In this document: positions 35,422 through 49,400 of the stretch, piece by piece
How the letters are laid out: every line of letters starts with the position of its first letter
How positions within the stretch are numbered: the stretch's first letter is position 1
Source: Klebsormidium nitens
Lineage: Eukaryota > Plantae > Klebsormidiophyceae
Assembly: GCA_000708835.1 (NCBI GenBank)
Contig: DF236977.1
Location: 124,001-188,000, forward strand
Length of the DNA stretch: 64,000 nucleotides
Direction of reading: 5' to 3'
The notes under the pieces: model-generated
The model's database searches: none
Told to the model about the DNA's origin: nothing
Seen by the model: the letters and a program-made list of their open reading frames with translations, nothing else
Program-made: the position numbers and the translations under genes

Positions 35422-38400
35422 ATGGCCGCGTTCACTGCAGTCCTTCTGTTGGCCCTGGTCGCTTCTTCAGGTGAGCTCTTCTCTGACCAATGTAGTTCAC
35501 AATGCTAAGTGTATCCTGCGTCCATTGTTTGCAGCGATCTGCGAAGGTGGGCATGAGGTCCCCTACTGTTCTTGCTTTCAATAGGATGCCTTCACTTCTT
35601 GCCAACCTGACAATGCTGTTGATCATTGCACCACTCACTGCCTTGCGAGCTCTGAATCGAGTCCCTCATGGATGGTCCTATCGGCATTGGATGGCAAAAG
35701 GATAACATGGTCCCGAAGCATATCATATACTGCAAAAAAGAAGTTGCTGCTAATAGACTGACTCTCTTCCTGCAGCTGCTGTCCAAAGATCGCTCCTGCA
35801 AACATCAAGTAAGCCACAGATCCAGCTCGCTTCTTGCTTCATTGAAATTTCGTCAAATTAGTGACTCGATGTGTCCACCAGATCTTTGATGACCCAACAA
35901 ATGCCAAGGTGATTGCTCTTGTGAGCAATGCTGTCAATTCATCGAGATGTGCACTTTGCAAAAGTGATGATCCCAGAGTGTGAGAATGTTAACATGTTGT
36001 GAAAACGGGATAAGGACTGCAGAGACAAAGTGGACTTGCATCCAAAGACCAGTTGTTGGCTTCATCATGGAGGACCGTATCGTTTGTCAATGGGAGCAGG
36101 TGGCAACAGATTCCCGGCAAGAACTGTGGTCTTAATCAGCTTGTGGTTTTGCAGAAAGTGATCTATAATGCTGTCATAGTAACCACCTCTTCCCTGTGTC
36201 TCTTCTGCTTACATCAGTCGATCCTCAGAGGCCCACATTAAGCTGGTGCAGTCAGAGCTGAGCCGCCCAGTTGGCGCTTCCTGAAAGCAATTCTCACCGT
36301 CCGCACCAACCAAACCTGGGGATAATGACTAACTTTGCGGACAAGATATTTTCACTTTCATCAGTCAGGAAAAGGAACCTACTTGCTCAGTTTACCGTAC
36401 CATTCTTTCTCAGTATCTCAACCTTTGCCTTGACTTTGCTGAATACTCTCAGCAATTGAATGAGCAGGCTGACCTAGTGAGAGGCCACTCCGTTACAACT
36501 TGAAAGCAGGCGCTTCTCAGAGGCTGGTGCCAGTAAACAAATTCCTAAGCCTCGCTACTTGTGCCCCAAAAGTTTGTTCCCTATGGCTTGGACCTGAACA
36601 TGTATGCCTCCTCTGCAGGCCCAACCTTGACCAACGGAGACTTTGCACTCCCCGGGACAGTCGCCCTTAACCCTGGCGGTTATGCGTTCCTGAGCACTCA
36701 AACCCCAGATGCTATCACGGGGTGGAACATCACTTCTGGGAGCGTGGACTATGTCTCAACGAGCCAGTGGGAGGCCCCGCCTGGGGCCTCATACAGTGTT
36801 GATGTGTCAGGCGATAATGCGGGAGTCATCTCACAGGTTAGATCTCAGTCTCGCTTGATGTTTCGGCAAAATGGTGAAAATCAGTGGGCTCGTGGTTGCC
36901 GCAAGAAGTCTCAAAATGAAGGTTAAGAGGACAGAAAATATATCCTGCTCTTGGCAGAACTTTCTCTCTCAGCCAGACAGATACTGACACTCTTCATTAC
37001 CTCAGCAGGGATATATGAGGCAATCAGAGTGTTTCCTGGGAAAAATCTTTGAGATCTTCTGATTCAACGACTGCGCTTTCGATTTTCACTTTTCTGTTCT
37101 GTATTCCCACCCACCATTTACTCTGTTCAAGGGCAGTCCCGTCATGATTTCTCCCCTTGACAGCAGGTCAGAGAAACAGCAAACAGAGAAACAACCATCA
37201 AGAACCCTGCTGCCTTGACAAACATCCTTAAGGATTGAAGAGCCAAATCACACCCCCCACGCTCCTGCAGACTTTTACCACCACGCCTGGTGGCGCCTAC
37301 GACGTCTCCTTCTACCTGGCTGGCAGCCCCTTCGGTACGCCAACCAAAACCGTCCAAGTGACAGCGGGCGACAGCAGCCAAACGTACACGTTCGACATCA
37401 CCAATGCAACGGCCACTCAGATGGGGTATTTGCCTCAGACCTTCAGTTTCGTAGCCACAGGGGCGAGCTCCACACTGCAGTTCACCTCGCTCACCAACGA
37501 GCAGGACGGGCCTGTCATTGGAAGTGTCGTTGTTACAGGCGGAGGTGCGTTCAGCGGCAACCTGCAACCTTTCGTTTCACAAAAGCACTTCCCTGCTAGG
37601 ATCTGGATTGAATACCATCTGTGGCGGTAAAGTCACTGACTCAGCGGCTGGATGTCCTTGTCAATGTTGTTCCTTGAAGTGTAAGCAGCATCTCTTCCTT
37701 CCTACTTTGTCAAGGTTTCTGCCTCATACCCTATGCAGGACCCTTTGCCCATATTCGATTCAATCCACAGAGCATAGAATCAGTAGTCTCGAGCTTGCGC
37801 CCACTTTGCATTTGAAATTGAGAATGACGAGTTTCTGGATCCTTCTTAGGCTGCCCCCTGCGGTTAGACACGTGTCAGCAGACACCATCGTCCAGCATGC
37901 AGTATCTTCAACACTTCTTGTTTACTCCTCAGGTGCTATCAGCCCCTCCGCTGGACCAGTCCCTGCCCCCGTCCCTGGCCCTGCAGCAGGCCCCACCTCC
38001 GCCAACGCAACTGCACCAGCCCCCGGCCCCGCTACAGGTATGACACAAGCACCAACTTTTGTGCAAAACTTCTCTGGTGTATCCATGCCAAAGTGAGTGG
38101 TGAGAGGGCGTCCCCTTCTCGCTGTGTCTATGGATGCCAAAGAAGACTTGCTACGGTGTCGTAATGGAATATCGGGATGGCAGACGAGAATGACCCACTG
38201 AGCATCGACGGCTTTGCTTCCGGGAAAGTGGAAAAGCAGCTCTCAGAGTCGAAGACCTAATGCAAAGGCTTACCCCATTATACTTATTAAGTTCTGTTGA
38301 TCCATCTGTGCTTGCTTCTCTGCTCCAATTGCGCCACCAAGATTACTTGTGCAAACAACCAAATACAGCTCGCAAGCTGACGTCTCGCTCTCGTCATCTT

Positions 38401-41400
38401 CCGCAGCCACTCTGAACGCCACCGCCCCCAGCCCGGCTGCCAACGGCTCACTTGCTACCAACGGCTCACTTGCTACCAATGGTTCACTTGCTGCCAACGG
38501 CTCGCTCGCTGCCAACGGCTCGCTCGCTGCTAACGGCTCTCTAGCTGGCGCGCCTGGATCCGCTCCTGCTATTGCGCCCGGATCCGCCCCTGCTGTTGCC
38601 CCGGTTCCCGCACTCGCGCCCGTTATCGCCCCTGCCCCAGGTACGTCCTTGTCCGCCTTGCCCAGAAAATTTGACGGCTTGAATCTAGAAGTGAGGGGAA
38701 GAGACCTGGCACCCGTGCGCTCTTCAAGATCAGGCCTTATGGTGTCGAACTTGACAATTCGTTACTGGTAATGTAGAAGATATGGCACTGACTCGCTTGA
38801 CGCCGAGCGTGACGACTACTCACCTCGGACGATACCTCGTTTCCATGTCGACTCTCAGGCCGCTCTTTGACGCCTAGATATGAACTTTTTGAGTTGGCCT
38901 TTTCTCATCAAAAGTGCGCAAACGAAACGTAGTGGTCAACTCGAGACAACCAGGAATCTGAATGTTTGACCCTCTGGCTGTTCAGCGTCGACCACGCCCA
39001 TCATTGCAAGCTTCATTGTGCCGGTCAATGTGTCGGCCCTCAACTCGTCAGCTGCGTTTGCGGCCGTGACAGCCGGCCTCGCGGCCGAGTTTGGCACGCC
39101 CAGCACCACGGTGAGCTGGCGGGCGGAAGACAAGAATGGTGTGACCTTACAGTCAACAGTCCAGAAGTGTGGAACCCGCAATTGGATTGGTTCTTTCACA
39201 ACCTGAGGGGATGTGAACATTCGAAGAGTTCGAAGCCTGACCTCCGGAAAAGTCAGATTCAGCTGGGTACAGGGAACTCCACTCTCTTACTACAAGACTT
39301 CTGGAAAGCATAATTCTGACTTCTTTACCCTTGATTCTCGTTGTAAAAGGACGTTGGTTGCCAACGTTCGAGACGGCCAACGAGGGCAGGATTCGCTGCT
39401 CTTTCATCGAAGGTTTTGATCGCCTGATCGCCTTTGCTTGACGGCTACTCATTGACATCGATTCACTCCAAATATAGGCAGGTACAGGGCAGTGAAATTG
39501 CGCTTCTTGTGGTCTGCCGTCAATCAGAGCAAGGGAAGAAACTTTGGAACTTCGTGATATTAGAAGGAACGCGAGATCTCTTTGGCGCTCAAGCTTCTTC
39601 CGTCGCCATTCTGTGCAGCCCGTCATCACGAGCATCGCGCCCGGGCCCATCCCCGCGAACGAGACGGCCGTCACTTTCGAGATGCAGTCGGCCACCGGGG
39701 GCGCCATCCCGCAAGCGGAGCAGGATAACCTGCGCGCCGCCTTCACGACCCTGGTCCAGAACAAGGACACGCTCGTGCTGCCAGCACCATTCAACACAGT
39801 GAGCCGAACTTTCCGGTACTTTGCTGAAGGTGGTCCTTCAGAGTTCGAAGACCTTGTCTGCAGAACTTGGGCGTGATCTTCTCTGCAAGGCGTCAACTGC
39901 TGAGACCAAGGGCAAAGGGCAACACTCCTTTGACTGTCACGATCTGGGCGGCAATCCTGTGAGGTCGTTAGGTCTGGAACTTGCTTTTCCAAAATAACAG
40001 GGCAGGTTTGACGCCTACTTGACATGACTACTATGGAGTTCGACGCGGGGTTCTCGGCCTGAGATTTGATGCATTTCTGCTGAATGAGGGCAGTTCCGAA
40101 GCAAGGGCGCAGATTTGACGTCTCCTGACGCGCTGTTGCAAGTGAATCTGAGGCTTCCAGGTCCCGCCTCCTTCATGGATTAACCGTTTCCTTTCTAATG
40201 CACGCCGTTACGATTTCTCCTGCAGCCCTCCAACTTCTCCGTCGTCTCCTTCCCGGGGGGTCCCGGCGTCATCGGTTCCGGTGCCCCCTACGGCGCAGTC
40301 GGCGCCAACGTGACGACGGCCCTGCTCAACTTCACTCTGCCCCGCAGCGTCGACGAGCTAAGCGCCAACCAGACCGCGCTACTCCAGGGGGTTTCTGGCG
40401 CTCTTGGTTTGAAGCCGTCTGAGGTGGGCTGCCATTGGTCGTCTAAGGCCGTCTAACGGCGGGTGTAGAAGCTGCCTAATGGATTTCGGGAGTCAGACCT
40501 GTGGATTGTTGTCACGATTGGAGGACTGCAGAGATTTGTGCTTGCCCGTCCGCACGTGGTCTGCAAAACCACATCAGCCAAGTCAGATGGTGGTTAGCCC
40601 AGGCAGCGTCCTGTTTCGCCGTCAGCCGCTCTGCCTTATTCTGAGAAGTTGCTATCGACAAACTTCGCCGGAGGCTTGCTCATAAGACTGAAGTGCCTTT
40701 TGGAGGGCTGTTGTGCATCCGGCAGCAACTTCTTATCGGGCCGAAGCGAGTCCCGCAATCAACCCTAGTTTGCATCAGACCTATTCCTAGCGCTTGTCAG
40801 TACGACGTTCAGGAACGTGAAAGGGACCACTTGAAACCATTTCGTGCACCGTCGATTGGCTCTTACGACCAGGGGGCTCACCGGGCTGCATTTGCGCAGG
40901 TGCTGACGGCGGCTCTGACTGCGGTGAACGGCTCTGCGAACGCGACCGAGGTCAGCACCGCCCTGACCACCATCGGCGCGTTCGCCGACAGCCCCGCCAG
41001 GATCGCCGAGCTCGCAGGTACGTCCCTTTCAGCCGAGGACATATATAATTTCGAAGTGTAATGCTCGGTCAGAGAGGTTCGGCGGAAAGGGTCAGGTTTT
41101 CACAAACAGACGTGTCGAGCTCGCTCCGCCCGAAACCCTTGGAAGAGCCCCTCTTCGTAAACACGACGCCTTCGTCTATTGGACGTCACCTCTGAACGCC
41201 TCACGTCAGCATTTGAAGCCGCTGAATGCTCGAACTTCTTGATAGTAGATGCCCAGCTGTGAGCTACATTTTCACCACTTGAATCTTACTAACTCCAGCA
41301 TCAAGATTCTTACCGAGGATTTCCCCTTCGCCTCCTGCAGGCAACATCAGCGCTGCTGCCACGAACGGTACCTTCGGCCTGGATCCCGCCACTTTCGGCC

Positions 41401-41973
41401 TCCCCTCCAACATCGTTCTCAGCCCTGCCCTCGCCGCTCTCCTTCCCCCGGGCACCACTTTGCCCCCGAGCACCACGCTGCCAGCTGGCACCATCCTTCC
41501 CCCGGGCACCACTGTTCCCCCGACCTCTGTAGCGACCAACACCACCCCAGGAGCCTCGCCGACGTCTGGCGCTGCCACCAGTGAGCCTTCCTCCGACAAT
41601 CCCGTCAAAAGAAACTCGTCTTTTCTCGAAGTGATAGTACTCCCGTTCTTGTGCTGGAATGAGTTCTGGCCTTTTTTGGTGTCTAAATCCAACGCCGGGA
41701 CGGGCCCAATGAGAGCTCAGAAGAGGCTCACTCGCGCTCGCCCTCAGTTCGTTTTGAAAGGCATCGCACTCTCCTCGACTTCCTGTCTTAGAAGCTGGTC
41801 ACACAGCTTTGACTCTACAATCAGCTTTCTGATAGCCTCGAAACCCTGTATACTTCGGAAGGACCGTTCTGCATTGTTCGCTTGTGCCTGATGAAGTATT
41901 CTGTACTACTGCAGGGGTTGGGTTCACCCTTGTTGGGCTGGCCTCCGCTCTGTTGGTGGCCACTCTCTTCTAG
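35422..41973 (+). CDS. Secreted, probably GPI-anchored chimeric arabinogalactan-like cell-surface protein with an N-terminal choice-of-anchor C/DUF642-like beta-sandwich, multi-exon
   Basis: Signal peptide MAAFTAVLLLALVASS. The domain reads TNGDF...ITGWNITSGSVDYV...ISQ|TFTTTPGGAYDVSFYLAGSP...TFSFVATGASSTLQFTS...GPVIGSVVV. It is followed by AP/PA-rich linkers, (A/T)NGSLA x6 and LPPGTT repeats. The C-terminus GVGFTLVGLASALLVATLF* is hydrophobic. Confidence 0.8.
38439..38546 (+). repeat. Coding 18-bp minisatellite, 6 copies, encoding (A/T)NGSLA
   Basis: Six in-frame units that differ mainly at synonymous sites. Each contains an N-G-S glycosylation sequon. Confidence 0.9.
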
Positions 41974-42858
41974 AAGCCAAGAAGCTGGCGCCTCGTCAAA
42001 ATGAACTGGAAAAAGTTTAGTCGAGTTAAGTGTTGATTGGCAAGTTAGAGCAGGTCTAGAGCAGGTCTATTCTTCTGAGCATGTCAATCGTAGTAAGTAT
42101 GTGGTGCCAAGCCGAAAAGGCTGGGTGCTCATGCAACCTGCCCTTGTGTTGAGCGCGTCGACATCTCCTGACCAATGAGAAGTTGGCTCGGAGTTGCGGC
42201 ACTGACCTTAGAAGGTTCTTTAGCTCTCTTACTCTCTTTATCGGTGAGGAATTTACAGAAGGCAATTGGTAACCACGAAATGACTAATTGCCCGCATTCA
42301 GTTCCAGCATAAACCCAATTGCTTGTTCTAGTTACATTTACAATAGAGACCTAACTCCGATCGAAGTAGGGTAGCTTGAACAATTGACACCAAGCCCGGT
42401 CTTAGCGAGCTCGAATAACGGTCGTACCAGTGGTAAAGGTTGTGAACTTGAGTAGCGAGTTTGTTGATCCGGCCAATACCTGAGTTGTTGTTGACTGCCT
42501 GATTCTTCTCGGCCGATGATGGCCTGATCATGGAGAACGTCCAAAACAGCAGATGTACGATTGAATTTGAACCTGACCAGTTTACGAACGCTAATAGGTT
42601 TCGATTATGCATCGCATCATGCGCATACTATAACATTTGATTATGATCCATGACTTGTAAACGTCTTGGCATCCTTTATGACCCGGAAGCTGAACCAAGC
42701 ATACAATGAATCATGCATGCAGTAGATCTCGATCGATTGGGTGGAATCACCCATGATAGGTTCGTCGAGGCCATGCGCAACAAGACAGTAGCCTAGCTAC
42801 CATCATTCCATGGGCTGGGCCGTGTTTCCATTAGTACCGTCGCGTAGCTTCCAAAGCG

Positions 42859-42891
42859 AAAAATGACTTCTGAAGTTCAGAACTCATTTTT
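42859..42891. repeat. 33-bp near-perfect palindrome
   Basis: AAAAATGACTTCTGAA-G-TTCAGAACTCATTTTT, with one mismatched pair. Confidence 0.8.
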
Positions 42892-43497
42892 ATGAAGGAT
42901 TTGTGTTTCTTGTTCCCCTTCCTGATCGCTCGGATGGGTAATTCTTTTGAAGAAACGTACGAGTATACATATGTAACCTGCGGCGCATAGAATAGTTGTA
43001 TAGCTCAGTATAGGTGTGACGCGGTTTGCATGCGCGGACTTATAACATGTCGGATGCGGAATCGACTTGCTCAGTAAGATTTACTATGATGACGATCGCT
43101 AGCAACCCGGCGTTGAACTTACCATGCACAATTCTACTAGACTAAAATTTGACATGTGCACGTGGTTCAATGATGGTTCATGTCGGTGCGAGCCCGCGGG
43201 CAAGGCCCCAATTGACCATGCCCGGCATGCGGGCCGCATGAGACAAACGATTCCGGTTGCCCGGATCTAGAATTTTGGCTTACTCACTCATTATACTAGC
43301 CCAAATTCGAAATTTGCTATCCAGACTGTGCGCGGAGAATTTTCGAGTGCATAAAAACGGCGCATGCAGACGTAAATCATGATCCTGGCGCTTAATTGCA
43401 CAAAGATTCACGCCAGCATCCCAGAGGGTGTCCGCGGCACTTTCAGTATAAGCCCGTAGCTCACTTCATGATGATTGGATTAACCCGCTCCCAAGAT

Positions 43498-46400
43498 TCA
43501 CAAGCTCGATTTTCGATGCACGAACGCCAAGAATTGTTCGGAAGCTGCTATGGTCCCTTCCATTAAGTAAGCCTTGTTGTTTTTTTCTATGGTGTCAAAG
43601 CGATATTGATAATTTACCATGATCCCAGCGCTACTTTCCATCCGCAAAGGCGAGTCGTCCGCCAACCAATTCAACCGCTCTACGGTCTGCATCACAGAGA
43701 AGAAAGGCAGCGGTGATCAGCAGCGAACATGACTTCACCATAGAGACGCAGCGAGCTGTCCAGACCAAAAGGCAAGAAAGACAAGGAAAGGAAAGGCCGA
43801 AAGGCAAGAAAGACAAGTAGAGTGATGATCGAGCCTGCTCCATCGCCGACAAGCAAAGAATTGAACCACTTTGACCTGCTACGCAAGACCTGTCCGCAAA
43901 TCTTTGACCGCTTCTTTTGTCGACCACCTGCCAGCGTGATTCAGGTTAATGCTCACCGCCCCGTTTCGCACGTGGAAATTGGTAACTCCATCCAACGCCT
44001 TTCCTCGTTTCTTTTCCTTGTAAATGTACCTGAGAGCACAGGACCCACGACAATCATCCGGGACGTCCCATTCGCTTTCTGCAAGATTACTACCAGGTTC
44101 TGTACGACTCTTTTCGGTAGCCCTAGCAACAAACCTTCTTCTGTGCACTGATTCCTTAGCCGCACCTCACAACGCCACCGCCGCCTGCAGCGGCTAAGGA
44201 AGCGAGCGAGCGAAAACCAGCCACAAAGAGAGGAAGAAGGCGATGCGTGTCGACTTTTACTGAGCCCACCAGTACAAGCGGATCTTACCTTGCGCAAAGC
44301 CGCATCAGCGGGCCCTGGAGGGCGTCTGCATGAACTGGGTTGCGGACCCAATCTGGTCCGTCGGCAAAGAGAAGGCTCGCCAAGCAGCCGCACGCTTCCG
44401 CATGAAGCGTCCGATCGCTCCTGCAGATGTGGGCCAAGGATGACCGAAAAATCTTGAAGTGTGCCATACACGGTTTTTCAATAAAATATGCCTGAGGCCT
44501 CCCCCAGCTTACAGCGGAGAAAGAAGCCAATCTCTCGATGCTTACCCGCTGGGAAGACTGATTGCAGCAGAGATTTAGGCCAGAGAATTGAGGTTCGGGT
44601 TGAACTATACCAAGGTTCATGGCCAGTATCCTCGAAGTACGGAAGCTGATTGCAGCAAGACCGGTTCTTTTATCCATCACCTCAAGACACGGTGCACTTA
44701 TCCCAACCAATCAACGGTGCCAACGCTCTAGCAAGCAACCGTCCGTAGAATTGCAACTCCTGTGCCTTGAGCGTATGCAAACACTTACGAGTCTTCGACC
44801 AGCTTTGCAGGCAAGACGGCTCGTAGGATTGCCTGCGCTTCATCTTGGTACAAGAGTTCCTCGGCGAAGGAACTGTCGACGTCCCCGGTCAGCGAAGCGT
44901 GCAGCGCGAGCTTGGGGCGCAGCCAGGGGAGAAAGCCGGGGACCGGGCTCAGCGTCGAAAAGATCTGCGAACGAAAGCGGGCACCGATTCGAGGTCGTGC
45001 CAACGCTCTCCGGCTGGCGTCACAACAAATTACTATCTTAGTTCGCCGCGCCGACTCTTGAGTAATAAACGTGAGGAATTACGTTGGACCCTCCACTGCC
45101 CGGCCTCAAGCCTCTACAGGAGCTCGGAAAACGGGTTCACTTGAGAGATACTTTGACGGCCAGGCAAGGATCCATCAGTCTGCTTGTGCTATTTGTTACG
45201 AATACTTTCGCACGTTTGCCAAAGTGGCCGCTTCACCTTCCTCCTGATAGAACGACGGCAAAGCTTGGACCTTTCAAGAACAAAGCGCTGCCACCATCAG
45301 GTCAGGAGGCCAGGTTTGCCGGACTCTGCGGCAAACCATAAGGATGTCGTTTGCAGAGAGCAAGTGCCTGTCCTCACCTTTAGGATTGACTAGACCAACA
45401 TTTGGACTAGGCCTCACCTCTAGGTTGGGCAGCTCCGCTCGCAGGATCTGGACGACGCCCTTGAGCAACAAGTTGCCCAGATCAATCCCGCTCAGGCCCG
45501 GCTGGGTGGCGTCGATCGAGTAGAAGATGGCCGCGCGCGCTTTCTCCTCGTCGGCCTGCGGCGCGGCAACCTCCTGTTTACAGAAAGGCAGGCTTGCTGT
45601 TGAGGGGATTGAAGATACTACACTACCTCGGCGTGAAACAGCACGTCGGTTCTTTGCGCGAGATTGCAAAGTGGAGGACTGCTTGCGAGTTTGTGCTTGC
45701 CGACGAAGCACTGGCTAGCTTTGATCGACCGAGTGAGCAGACACTTGGAAGGAGATCAAAAAAATGAACGAGGGGGCCTGACTAGTCAAATTACCCTAGA
45801 GTTCGACAGCTTATTCCGGGCAGAAACTCACAAGGACAAACGAGGACTCATGATGACAATTAAGAAACGAGCAGCATAAGCAGGTGAAGCCGTTCTGAAG
45901 CCCCTGCGTCTCTCAAAAGAGTTGTTCAAGCACGCGACGGCTTCTCTTCATAGACCGCATCTCCAGCCGCTTCCACTGTTCGAGATCGTCACCGAGCAGT
46001 CATGAGGTTGAGCAAATTAATGATCACAATATGTATTACCCGATCCCACGCGCTGATTGTGGTCAAAAGCTGCGACGGATAGACGATATGCATTTAAAAC
46101 GTTCAACAAATAAAGAGGGTCAGTAAACCCGTCTCTCCTGCTGACGAAGCTGTGAGAAACGGCCTAGAAACTTTCAAGGACTCTGGACAAGGATCTTCCT
46201 GGCATACAGTCAACTTCTTATCGCGATCCAGGTTTTTGGTACGAGAATCCGTGAAGACGGAACACAGGTTTGTAACCGCGGCAAACGAAGCTCTCAAAGT
46301 GACGATGAAGCGTACCTGCATGGTGGCAGCCAGCTTGTCGAGCAGAGCGACCTCGACGAAGATGAGGGGCTCGCCTGTCCACGAAAACAATATAATCTGA

Positions 46401-49400
46401 CTTTCCAATCGATTCTGAAAGAAACAACCGCACAAGACCACAGCGAGCCTTGCACAGGGTCTGATATCAAAGAAAGCTCATGCGTCCTTGGAACAGATTT
46501 GCATCTTTCTCAAGGAAAGTGAACCATGCGTGGTCTGAAAGGGACGATGCGACTTTTAAGTCGTATTCAGAAGCATCTCACACGCCGAGCATGCCATATG
46601 CGAAGCAGTAAGACAATTCTCTTTCGTCACAGACCGGTCAAGTGTAGCTCGGCTCAACGATAACACGCTTGGTTTCGAGCGATCCGCAGGCGTCCATGCC
46701 CATACATAAAAGATTGAGGACGATAGTTTGTCACGATGCAACTCGGCCGTGAGGCACGTGGCGCGGAGGGGCGAGCAACGGCCTACCGGGCATGGACGGG
46801 TGGAAGTAGCCGAAGAGGCGGCAGCCCGCTCCCAGCCGCTGCTGCAGATCTTGCACGCTCCGAATTGGATGCACTTGCTGAACGAAGGAATGAAGGCGTC
46901 AGAATGCTGACATGAGGGGATCACGAGCCATGACAAGCTGATGAATCGTGCAAAGGCGGCAATAAGCAACCCCAGCAAATGTAATCGACGAGCTGTCGGG
47001 CGAAAACGGCGCATGTCTTCTTTGAAAGTTACTTTCCTGCAGTTGAGGTTTCAGAACGGAAGCATCTGTTACGGTGAAGAGCGCACAGCCTCCTTTCTTG
47101 GATCCAGCATTCCTTTCCCGCCTCTCAGAACAGAGGCGCTTCCACCGTCCTTGCCAAGAATGTCTCTTGCCAATACGCTGTTGTTGAAAGTTCACAACCA
47201 CCTTGGCCCAGCGCAAACAGAGCATGCAACCATCCGACACAAGGAGACTGATATCGGCACAGTAGATGTTCAGCGAGTTCTAAGCCTAACCTCGTGCTCC
47301 GCGACTTTCGCTAGGACCGACGCGGGGCTATCCCAGGTCAGCCGCCGTAGCTCCAGGTATGCGGGGCCGAGCCACGTGGACAGCTTCTCCTTGAGGACAG
47401 AGTCCAAGTTGCGCAGGAACGGGTCGTTTGTGGCCCTGATGATAAGCATAATGTGACATTTTGTCGAGCCAGGCGGAGAGGAATCCAGCCATTTGGAAGG
47501 TTATTTGAAAGAATCTTTGCAACTTTACAGGCGTCGCATCAGTTGGTTTCTGGTGTTGAACACTTCAGATTGCCTCCTCGAAAAGCGGATGCGTACACTT
47601 AGTCGACCTGAAAAAGCAAGACGAGACAAGGATCTCGAACAAACGCATGTTCCAAATAACCGTCCGGCTGGATCTGGAAACGGTTTGTGAACCCGACAAA
47701 TTGAATCCCCCAAAACAGTTTGCCAGAAGGGAGCGTAGAAAGGATGAGGGATGGGCCGACGCACCTCACCTGATGCTCTGGAGCAGGTCTGCCCGCATGT
47801 CCGACAGGAAGCGCAGCCCGCCCGTCTGATTGTGGAGTGCCTCAAAGAGCCGACCCGCGAGCGGGTTCAACGCTTTCCGCAGCTCGCGCTCCGCATGAAG
47901 GAGTGTGGCCTGGCTCTCGGCTGGAAAGGGAGGGTTGCAATTTCTAGCGCCGGAGCGAACAGACCGAAGATGCAATTGCTTATCTGATAATCCAAGTGTC
48001 GGAGAAGAGATACCAGACAAGGTAAGAACTCCTTGTTTGCCTTTTATTCCTCATTTACACTTTTCTTGCTCAATAAATTTTAGTGAAGCCAGAGTGCAAA
48101 TCATGGGACAAGGACGGCCTCTTTGACGCATAACAGAAACGGTCAGCAGCAGACGATGAATGGCAGTCTGGAGGAACTGACCTGTACTATGACTGCCCAC
48201 GTCAGCCTGGACCTTCAAGTAATGAGCACATGAACTGCTGACGCTGCCTCTGTCCACGCCAAACTCCTTTGCAAGCACCAGAAGCGACTCTCTCCTCTCA
48301 GGAGGGGGCAGGGCGAGATAGTCCTACAGTACATGCAAACAGGCTGGTGGCATCGCTGTCAAGGTAACAGCCTTGTCTGCTGGCAGAAATTGGGCAATTG
48401 ACAGAATTTTGATGTAGCAATCAGGGCCATCAATTTGCAAGCTGATCGGGGTGAGAGGTTATCCAATTGTCTCTTGATGTTCAGCTTTCTTTGTCTCAAA
48501 ATCTTCACAGAGTGTTGATACTTAAGGTTTGTCACTCCCACTAATCCTGCTTTGATAGCAAACCTTCTAGTTCTTGAAGCCGTTTCCAGCAAACAGCGAC
48601 CCTGCCACGAGCTTGTTATTCGATCTTAGGTCTTCGTGTCCATACCGATGTCTCTTTCTCATGGCACCCACCTGGCGAAGCTGCTTCAATGTCGCCGCTG
48701 CCATCTCGGCGTTGTCTAACTTGACAGCCTGGTGCATCAGCGTTGTGACCCCTGCTGCACCCCTGGAAGTTGGACAACAGAAAATTCTTTCTGAGCCCTG
48801 CCCCCACATAACCTTCCAGACTCAGCTGCCTTTTCAATTGGTGCAGTGAGTGAGTGACCAGTCAGTTCTGGCTGCAAGCTTGTGCTCAGGACCCTTGAAC
48901 GCTAAACACGGTGCTCAGTGCCTCGGCGACTAAAGCCACGGCAATAGCTGCCCAGAACCATCTCGTGGTATGCAAGACAACACCATTATAGGCGGCTATT
49001 TCAGGGACTTATTGTTTCTTTAACGTCTTTGATTGCACTTGTCAACAGCCTCGTGACTTCCACCAGGTTTAGTAGTCAATGAAAGAATGAAGCCAGATAT
49101 CCTGGTGGCAGGATAGTCTTCCTAGACCTCTAGGAAGGTCCTGATGAACTCCAGCTAGATCTCAATCAGATTCGGATCTTGGCAGTAGTCACTACCCACC
49201 AGGCTGGCATGGGTGGAAGTTCGCCCCGGTCCGTCATGCCGGCCACTGTTTGTACCTGGCCAGAAATGTCTTGGAATGAGCACAACTCCGAGCATAGGCC
49301 CTTGATTGCCACCCCTCTGAAAAAGTGGCAAAGACGGCACAGCAGATATCAGTGACTACCACGGTACTCCACACCAAGAATGTACTTGTTTGTATCATAG

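Noticed and set aside
42328-42612. 94-aa minus-strand intergenic ORF
   Set aside because: No motif, splice support or codon bias.
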